Origin: Blastocatellia bacterium | GTDB taxonomy: Bacteria; Acidobacteriota; Blastocatellia; UBA7656 | Assembly: GCA_963765495.1 (NCBI GenBank) | Contig: CAVXWP010000009.1 | Span: 224,001-288,000 of the forward strand | Length of the DNA: 64,000 nucleotides | Direction: 5' to 3' | In this document: in pieces, positions 57,610-64,000 of the stretch | Numbering within the stretch: the stretch's first letter is position 1 | Layout of the letters: the number at the start of each line of letters is the position of its first letter | Notes under the pieces: generated by a model | The model's input: the letters and a program-made list of their open reading frames with translations, nothing else | Databases searched by the model: none | Told to the model about the DNA's origin: nothing | Position numbers and translations under genes: made by a program

Positions 57610-58965
57610 ATGAAAGTACTTGTAATTGATGATGAGGATATGGTGCGGAATCTGGTCCGAGAGGCCATGTCAAATCAGGGATATGATGTCTACACCGCAT
57701 CAAACGGCAGCCAGGCTTTGCAACTGGCCATAGCGCACGATTTTGATCTGGTCTTTTGTGATGTGGTAATGGACGGTCTTACGGGTTTCGACGTGCTCAA
57801 GGAGTTCCGGCAAAACTTGCAATCCAAGACGGAGATCGTCCTGATGACGGGGCAGGCATCGGTAGAGGCAGCCATCGAAGCGGTTCAGCAGGGAGCCAAC
57901 GACTACATCTGTAAGCCTTTTTCAATCGGGGTGCTTCAGGCTATAGCCTCTTCGGTCGAGCAGCGCCGCTATCCGAGCAAACTCATCGAAGTTGGGGCCG
58001 AACAGGAGATTTCGCAAGAGATACTGGGCACCTCTCCGATCATGATTGAGGTAGTAAAGACGGCGGCGCGGGTCGCTTTGACCGAACTGCCCGTGATGAT
58101 TCGGGGCGAGTCGGGGACAGGCAAGGAATTGATTGCGCGACTGATACACCGCAAGAGCACGCGAACCGATAAGTCGTTTGTAGCGGTCAACTGCGGCGCT
58201 CTGCCCGATACTCTGCTCGAAAGCGAGCTTTTCGGTCACACGCGAGGCGCATTCACCGGGGCCGACAATGCCCGGCGCGGATTATTCGAAGAGGCCGACG
58301 GCGGCACGCTTCTGCTGGATGAAGTGACAGAGACCAGTCCGGCCTTTCAGGTAAAGCTTCTGAGGGTTCTGCAGGAAGGCGAATTCCGCCCGCTTGGAAC
58401 CAGCAACAGAAAACGGGTAAACGTGCGTGTGCTTTCGGCTACAAATCGCGACCCGCAGGCGCTTGTCGAACAGGGGTCATTTCGTCAGGACTTGCTCTAT
58501 CGCCTGCAGGGCACATCCATTATGCTGCCGGCGCTCGTCGAGCGGCGCGAAGACATTCGCCCGATGTCGCTCACCTTTCTTGCCAGGTTCAGCCCCGGGG
58601 GCCGCAAGCTTTCTATAACAAAGGAGGCTATGCTTGCGCTTGAGCGTCACAACTGGCCGGGCAATGTCCGCGAGTTAAAACACCTCATGCAGAGGTTGGC
58701 GGCGCTCAGCAGCGGCGTGATAAGACTCGAAGACCTGCCATCGGAGATCGTATCCAATCCAAAGATAACTTCGGTGATGAATGACTGCATCCCCGAAGGC
58801 GACCTTCCCACGCTTGAACAACTCGAATCGACCTATCTGCTTCGGGTGCTCAGCGCCGTCGGCGGTAATAAATCGCGGGCGGCCCAGATCATGGGCGTTG
58901 ACCGCAAGACGCTTTATCGAATGATAGACAGACAGGTGAAGCAAACGGCCGATAAAGTATCTTGA
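57610..58965 (+). CDS. NtrC-family sigma54-dependent response regulator
   Basis: REC (VIDDE, CDVVM, KP); GESGTGKE, ESELFGH, GAFTGA, WPGNVREL; Fis-type HTH. Confidence 0.95.
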   Translation: MKVLVIDDEDMVRNLVREAMSNQGYDVYTASNGSQALQLAIAHDFDLVFCDVVMDGLTGFDVLKEFRQNLQSKTEIVLMTGQASVEAAIEAVQQGANDYICKPFSIGVLQAIASSVEQRRYPSKLIEVGAEQEISQEILGTSPIMIEVVKTAARVALTELPVMIRGESGTGKELIARLIHRKSTRTDKSFVAVNCGALPDTLLESELFGHTRGAFTGADNARRGLFEEADGGTLLLDEVTETSPAFQVKLLRVLQEGEFRPLGTSNRKRVNVRVLSATNRDPQALVEQGSFRQDLLYRLQGTSIMLPALVERREDIRPMSLTFLARFSPGGRKLSITKEAMLALERHNWPGNVRELKHLMQRLAALSSGVIRLEDLPSEIVSNPKITSVMNDCIPEGDLPTLEQLESTYLLRVLSAVGGNKSRAAQIMGVDRKTLYRMIDRQVKQTADKVS

Positions 58966-58999
58966 GTCGGGGCCGTTGCGCGAAAAGCGAAACGGAATG

Positions 59000-59074
59000 A
59001 GACAGGATAAACAGGATTAGATTGGATTAGACAAGAATTTTGTCTAATCCAATCTAATCCTGTTTATCCTGTCT
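59000..59074. repeat. ACAGGAT-family perfect palindrome
   Basis: 35-bp arm AGACAGGATAAACAGGATTAGATTGGATTAGACAA, 5-nt loop, exact reverse complement. Confidence 0.9.
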
Positions 59075-59099
59075 AAGAAAATTCAACTCTTCACACACT

Positions 59100-59301
59100 C
59101 AGGTCCATTCAGTTTTTGACTTGCGAGCTGTATGCGACAAAATTTTGCAGGTTAATTCGAACGAAAGGCGAGTGGGAATAGGCCGGGACGGACGCGGATC
59201 TGACACTATTTGGACGAATCCGTGCTAATCCGCCCGATCCGCGTCCGTCCCGGCCTATTTCTATTTTCCAATTCTACATTTTGGAAAACTGAATGGCCCT
59301 G
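59100..59301 (+). mobile_element. Complete 202-bp MITE copy
   Basis: CAGGTCCATTCAGTTTT ... AAAACTGAATGGCCCTG; 9-bp TSD TCACACACT (59091-59099, 59302-59310); internal palindrome AATAGGCCGGGACGGACGCGGATC. Confidence 0.92.
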
Positions 59302-59578
59302 TCACACACTGGATTAATCTCCATTCTTTGTAGAATATCCTACAAAACCAATTTCGATTATGGTATGCTCGCTCACGAAATATCCGACAGGGTGTTGGGA
59401 CTTGATCTACCGATTTTCAATTGAAGCAACTTGATAAACTATGCACGACGCGTGGCTCGCCGCAAATTCGTCAACGATGTATTGGACAATCTAGCGACAC
59501 ATTCCAACGCGCTTTGAGAACTAATACCGGCGGCCCTGCCGCAAGACAATTCACCTACTTAGTGGAGGAACACGAAAC

Positions 59579-61174
59579 ATGGCTGATGAAAATATAGACG
59601 TTGCTATTGTGGGAGGCGGAGTTTCGGGTGTCTATAGCGCCTGGCGTTTAAGAAAGGCGAACCCGAAGCGCAAGATCGTCGTCTTCGAAGGCAGCAATCA
59701 TATCGGCGGGCGGCTGCTATCGGTAACGCCGCCCGACATTCCGAACATGGTAGCCGAGCTTGGCGGGATGCGCATTCTTCCGGCGGTGCAGCCTCTAATC
59801 AAACGACTCATAGATGTATTGAATGAGGAGCTTCCGGCAAGTCAAAAGATCGAGCTATACGACTTTCCCGTAGACCAGCCGCAAAACATCGCCTACCTGC
59901 GAGGCATCTATTTGCGGCTCTCGGATTTCACCGCAAAGCCCGACAAGGTGCCCTATCATCTCTCTTTTCTGGAGCGCGGCCAGTCTCCCGGCAGCATCAT
60001 CGTCAACGCCATCGAGCAGATCGTGCCCGGAATCACAAATCCCGATCTCGACGAGTATCAACGCCGTCAGATGGTCAAGAATGCAAGTTTCGCCGGAGTG
60101 CCGCTCTATAAGCAGGGGTTCTGGAACGTTTTGATGCGCGTCATCAGCGGCGAGGCATATCAACTCGGCGTTGATGCGGGCGGTTACAACTCGACGCTTA
60201 CCAACTGGAACGCTGCCGATGCTATCCCGTGGTATCTCTCCGACTTTGGCGTAGACCCGCAATACAAGGGTTTCAAGAAGGGATTTCAGCAAGTGCCGCA
60301 GTCGCTTGCGGAACTCTTCAAAAACACCAAAGACGATATTCGGCTGAAGACGCCGGTTGACGGATTTAACTGGACGAAGGGAGGGGTTCAGTTGCGAGTC
60401 AAAGGCAAGACGATCAACGCGAAGACGCTGATACTGGCCATGCCCCGCCGCTCGCTCGATCTCCTGGCTCCAAACAGCCCGCCGCTCAATGAGATCAGAG
60501 AGATGATTGCAAGCGTTACGCCGCGCCCGCTCTTCAAACTCTTCACGACCTACAGCAACCCGTGGTGGCTCGCCGCCGGATACACTGCGCCCGACGGCAC
60601 CTTCGTCCCCGTCGAAGCGGGACGCACGGTCACCGATCTTCCCGTGCGGCAGACTTACTACTGGCCGGAGGATGACGGCTCTCCGGCAACCGATGGCCCG
60701 TCTATGTTGATGGCAAGTTATGATGACGGTACGAATATAGGCTTCTGGGACGGCCTGCGCCCGCGTCGTCGTGAAGCGTGGAAAACGGGGCTTGAGGTTG
60801 CGGAACTGGAAGATCCGTTCGTAAGCGAAGATCGAGAGAAGAGGCCGAAACTCTCCTGGTGGCAGTATAAAGCGCCGCGACGGATGGTCGCCGAAGTGGC
60901 GCGCCAGCTTGGGGTGATTCACGGACTCACATACACACCGGCTGTTCGCAACGCGGCATTCCGAGATTGGGGAGATGATCCGTTTGGCGGCGGCTGGAAC
61001 AGTTGGAACATCGGCGTGAAAAGCTGGGAAGTAAAACGGCAGATCATCCAGCCGTTTGACAAGCGCCCGCTCTACATTTGCGGCGAAGCCTATTCGGATG
61101 CTCAAGGGTGGGTCGAAGGCGCGCTGCAAACGGCAGATATGATGCTGGAAAAGATGGGAATCGGCTCGCTATAA
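59579..61174 (+). CDS. Flavin amine oxidase / L-amino-acid oxidase family protein
   Basis: IVGGGVSG, IGGRL, ELGGMRI, CGEAYS, GWVEGAL; GGAGG RBS. Confidence 0.88.
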   Translation: MADENIDVAIVGGGVSGVYSAWRLRKANPKRKIVVFEGSNHIGGRLLSVTPPDIPNMVAELGGMRILPAVQPLIKRLIDVLNEELPASQKIELYDFPVDQPQNIAYLRGIYLRLSDFTAKPDKVPYHLSFLERGQSPGSIIVNAIEQIVPGITNPDLDEYQRRQMVKNASFAGVPLYKQGFWNVLMRVISGEAYQLGVDAGGYNSTLTNWNAADAIPWYLSDFGVDPQYKGFKKGFQQVPQSLAELFKNTKDDIRLKTPVDGFNWTKGGVQLRVKGKTINAKTLILAMPRRSLDLLAPNSPPLNEIREMIASVTPRPLFKLFTTYSNPWWLAAGYTAPDGTFVPVEAGRTVTDLPVRQTYYWPEDDGSPATDGPSMLMASYDDGTNIGFWDGLRPRRREAWKTGLEVAELEDPFVSEDREKRPKLSWWQYKAPRRMVAEVARQLGVIHGLTYTPAVRNAAFRDWGDDPFGGGWNSWNIGVKSWEVKRQIIQPFDKRPLYICGEAYSDAQGWVEGALQTADMMLEKMGIGSL

Positions 61175-61180
61175 AGGCCT

Positions 61181-61402
61181 CAGGACCATTCAGTTTTTGG
61201 CCCGCGAGCATTTGGCGTCAAAAACCTTAAAGGTTAATTTGACCGAAGGGTTTCCGCTAATAGGCCACGGATGACACGAATCGGACGGATTTACGCGGAT
61301 CGAGTCATATAAGCTTCAGATCAGTGTAAATCCGTCCGATTCGTGTCATCCGTGGCCTATTCCCATTTCCATTATTTATATTCTGAAAGCCGATTGGACC
61401 TG
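61181..61402 (+). mobile_element. Degenerate 222-bp MITE copy
   Basis: CAGGACCATTCAGTTTT ... AAAGCCGATTGGACCTG; internal palindrome AATAGGCCACGGATGACACGAATCGGACGGATTTAC; no TSD. Confidence 0.85.
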
Positions 61403-61441
61403 GCCGCCGACCCCGCATTCCCTGCTTCTATGACCGCTATC

Positions 61442-61470
61442 TTGACAATGCCTATGCAGTGATATAATTT
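61442..61470 (+). promoter_or_regulatory. Sigma70-like promoter
   Basis: TTGACA 61442-61447; TATAAT 61463-61468 (15-bp spacer) or TAATTT 61465-61470 (17-bp spacer). Confidence 0.6.
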
Positions 61471-61476
61471 CGGTAC

Positions 61477-61642
61477 GGGAGAGTACTCCCAGACTCAACA
61501 GTTATCCGAGCAAGAGCAGCGGGCCATACTATCGTGCAAATCGAGATTGCTTGATTTGCGCGCACCCTTTTGAGATTGGCAGATGGCTTCTTTCGATCAG
61601 GGTTTTCAGCCTCAGCCGATTGAGTCTCACTGTTCGCCTTTT
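61477..61642 (+). ncRNA. Candidate structured RNA or leader
   Basis: Nested stems found by eye: AGACTCAA/TTGAGTCT, GGCCAT/ATGGCT, GTGCAAATCGAG/CTTGATTTGCGC; directly after a promoter, ends in TTTT. Confidence 0.3.
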
Positions 61643-61655
61643 AAGATTCAAAAAC

Positions 61656-62975
61656 ATGAAGATTTGCCCACAATGCGCCGGCAGTTTTGATGATAAACTC
61701 ACGATTTGCCCTAATGATAACGCCGAACTGATCCAGAGCACGGCCGGTCCCCCTGACCCTATGATCGGGAGAGTCCTTGCCGGGCGCTATCGCCTCACTC
61801 AAAAGATCGGCGAAGGCGGGATGGGCGTGATCTACAAAGCAATCCACGTGATGATGGGCCGCACCTGCGCCATCAAGCTTCTCACAAACATCTCGGCGGA
61901 CCACCAGACCGCCGTCGTCCGCTTCAACCGCGAGGCGAAGATGGCCAGCAGCATAGATAACCCCCACGCGGTGACGATATTTGATTTCGGCGAAAATGAA
62001 GAAGGGGTGCTCTATCTGGTCATGGAGTTTATCGACGGCAAACCGCTTTCCCAGTTGATGATAAAGGAGAAGCAGGTTGATCCGAAACGAGCCGTCAATA
62101 TAACGAGTCAGATAGCCGAAGCGCTGGAGGCCGCTCACCGCCTCGGGATAGTTCACCGCGATCTCAAACCCGACAATATAATGCTTTGTCAAAAGCCCGG
62201 CGAACCCGATTACGTCAAGGTGCTCGACTTCGGCATAGCCAAATCCGTCTCCGACGACGGATCAGACAATGTGACCAAAACGGGTTATGTCCTGGGCACG
62301 CCGGTCTATATGTCGCCCGAGCAACTGGCGGGCGAAAAGGTTGACGGTCGGTCGGACATTTATAGTCTTGCCATCATCGTCTACGAGATGATCTGCGGAG
62401 GTCTCCCCTTTGAAGGCGAAAACAGCCAGGCCATAATGATCAAGCGGATAATGACCGATCCCGTTCCGCTCAGAGACCGCCTGCCCTCGGTAAACGATGC
62501 GCTCGAACGAGAGGTGATGGCGGCGCTTTCCCGCGATCCTGAAACCCGAACTCAAACGGTTCAGGCCTTCGCTTCTCAACTTCAAACGGCTCTCCAACTA
62601 AACACACAGATCATGGGCAGCCGCAACACTTCGGAGATAAGCGACGGCCAGACAAGGGAATGGAGCAGCGCCAAACCTGATGGCGACAAAGCTACCGAAC
62701 AGGCTACGGTGGCGGGCTCGGCCACGTCATTCGACACGCCGTCCTTTAATGAAAGCGCACGACGGCCCACGCAGGAAGATAGGGAAGTCAGCGGGCGCAC
62801 ACAGAATTTCACATCACAAAAAGGACCGGAACAGACAGGGCCTGCTCCGGTCGTAATTCCCACGTTGCTTGAAGACTCGCCCGCACCCCCCCCCCCGGGC
62901 CTCCCGAGAGCAGGCGCGCCGTTGTTGAGTCCCGATCCAGAAAGACGGGGCTTGGCTGGTGGGCAGGCGGCGTGA
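61656..62975 (+). CDS. Ser/Thr kinase with N-terminal zinc-ribbon-like motif (5' part of a frameshifted gene)
   Basis: KICPQC...CPND; GEGGMG, HRDLKPDN, DFG, SPE; frame appears broken at C11 62886-62896. Confidence 0.9.
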   Translation: MKICPQCAGSFDDKLTICPNDNAELIQSTAGPPDPMIGRVLAGRYRLTQKIGEGGMGVIYKAIHVMMGRTCAIKLLTNISADHQTAVVRFNREAKMASSIDNPHAVTIFDFGENEEGVLYLVMEFIDGKPLSQLMIKEKQVDPKRAVNITSQIAEALEAAHRLGIVHRDLKPDNIMLCQKPGEPDYVKVLDFGIAKSVSDDGSDNVTKTGYVLGTPVYMSPEQLAGEKVDGRSDIYSLAIIVYEMICGGLPFEGENSQAIMIKRIMTDPVPLRDRLPSVNDALEREVMAALSRDPETRTQTVQAFASQLQTALQLNTQIMGSRNTSEISDGQTREWSSAKPDGDKATEQATVAGSATSFDTPSFNESARRPTQEDREVSGRTQNFTSQKGPEQTGPAPVVIPTLLEDSPAPPPPGLPRAGAPLLSPDPERRGLAGGQAA

Positions 62976-63997
62976 TTGGAGTAATCCTGCTCGCGCTGAT
63001 CCTATATTTGCTCTTTTCCGGCTCATCGGGTTATCGGCTGACGGTCAAAGGCGCTCCGGCGGGCAGTGATGTCTTTATCAACAATGAACGCAAAGGCGCT
63101 ATCTCAAACGACGGGACCCTGACTCTTTCCAATCTCGAACCGGGGCAGATGTCGCTGAGAATCTCGCGGCAGGGCTACGCCGATTTCACTGCTACGCTGA
63201 CAGGCGAGAAAGGCGAAACGAGGGCTATCGAGGCGGCGCTTTTGCCCATGGAGGTTGATTATGACGGCCAGATGGCGCTCGTCCCGGCGGGCGAATTCAG
63301 CATGGGGGCCAACGATCATGACGCCAACGAGAAACCCGCGCATCAGGTCACGCTGCCCGCTTACTACATAGACAAATTCGAAGTCACAAACGCGCAATAC
63401 AAGAAATTCTGCGATGAGGCCTCCCGGCCTTATCCGAAGAACGCCTTCGACGAGAACTATTTCAAAGACAACCCCAATGCGCCGGTCGTGGGAATAAGCT
63501 GGGATGATGCGGCGGCATACGCCAGATGGGCCGGCAAGCGATTGCCTACCGAAGCCGAATGGGAGAAAGCCGCCTCGTGGGACCCCGCCTCGCAGCAGAA
63601 GAGGCAATATCCGTGGGGCGACAACCCCGAGGGCGCAAGCGCGAATGTCGGGCGAAACCCGAGTCAGCCGAAATTCGTCGCCGTAGGCCAGTATGCCGGA
63701 GATGTCAGCGCCTACGGCGTTCACGACATGGCGGGCAATGCCCCCGAATGGGTTGATGCATATTATAAAGCTTATGAAGGCAACCCTACGGCTGACTCAA
63801 ACTTCGGAACAAAGTACAAAGTGGTGCGTGGCGGCAGCAACATAGCGCAATTGAGCGATGCAAGGACCACTCACAGGTTTTCTCACCCCTGGGAAGCCGA
63901 GTCGGATCAAAAGCCTTACTGGCTGGTTGGGTTCCGGTGCGCGATCTCTGCCGATGACGCTAAAATCCAGGAACGCCTGCGCGCCCGTAGTCAGTAG
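62897..63997 (+). CDS. TM + PEGA + FGE-sulfatase (SUMF1) domain (3' part of the frameshifted kinase gene)
   Basis: Frame is open from the C tract: GPPESRR...SRKTGLGWWAGGVIGVILLAL; FEVTNAQY, RLPTEAEWEKAA, DMAGN, RGGS, GFRC (ORF track start is 62972). Confidence 0.85.
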   Translation, partial: GPPESRRAVVESRSRKTGLGWWAGGVIGVILLALILYLLFSGSSGYRLTVKGAPAGSDVFINNERKGAISNDGTLTLSNLEPGQMSLRISRQGYADFTATLTGEKGETRAIEAALLPMEVDYDGQMALVPAGEFSMGANDHDANEKPAHQVTLPAYYIDKFEVTNAQYKKFCDEASRPYPKNAFDENYFKDNPNAPVVGISWDDAAAYARWAGKRLPTEAEWEKAASWDPASQQKRQYPWGDNPEGASANVGRNPSQPKFVAVGQYAGDVSAYGVHDMAGNAPEWVDAYYKAYEGNPTADSNFGTKYKVVRGGSNIAQLSDARTTHRFSHPWEAESDQKPYWLVGFRCAISADDAKIQERLRARSQ

Positions 63998-64000
63998 GAA

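Noticed and set aside
59100-61402. Composite transposon carrying the oxidase
   Set aside because: The left MITE has its own TSD on both sides and the outer flanks do not match, so the insertions were independent
61476-61520. Glycine riboswitch (CGGGAGAG start)
   Set aside because: The CCGAAG and CUCUCAGG core elements are missing and the downstream gene is unrelated

Overview
A 64-kb gene-dense bacterial chromosomal window. It most likely comes from an acidobacterium, inferred from two ADOP-type duplicated permeases, an ECF/kinase pair and the respiratory cluster layout. Housekeeping genes include gyrA, serA and a moaD-moaE fusion next to a JAMM protease. A 15-kb minus-strand cluster encodes Rieske, split cytochrome b, an 8-heme cytochrome c, a cupredoxin-like lipoprotein, heme A/O synthases and an A1-type aa3 oxidase. 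The most unusual coding systems are two. The first is a four-gene operon of a PocR-GAF-GGDEF cyclase, a STAND-like ATPase fused to an RsbW-like kinase, a STAS protein and a GAF-HD-GYP phosphodiesterase. The second is a BlaI / BlaR1-M56 module whose sensor is a HEAT solenoid, with a visible double operator, followed by ADOP - exported HEAT protein - ADOP. Intergenic DNA carries about 15 inverted arrays of 7-bp tandem repeats that often supply or abut stop codons. It also carries 9-bp-period palindromes and a ~200-220-bp MITE family with CAGGG ends and 9-bp target duplications. The last kinase/FGE gene is split by a frameshift at a C11 tract. No rRNA, tRNA, CRISPR array or transposase was recognised. 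All domain calls come from motif reading, not database searches.
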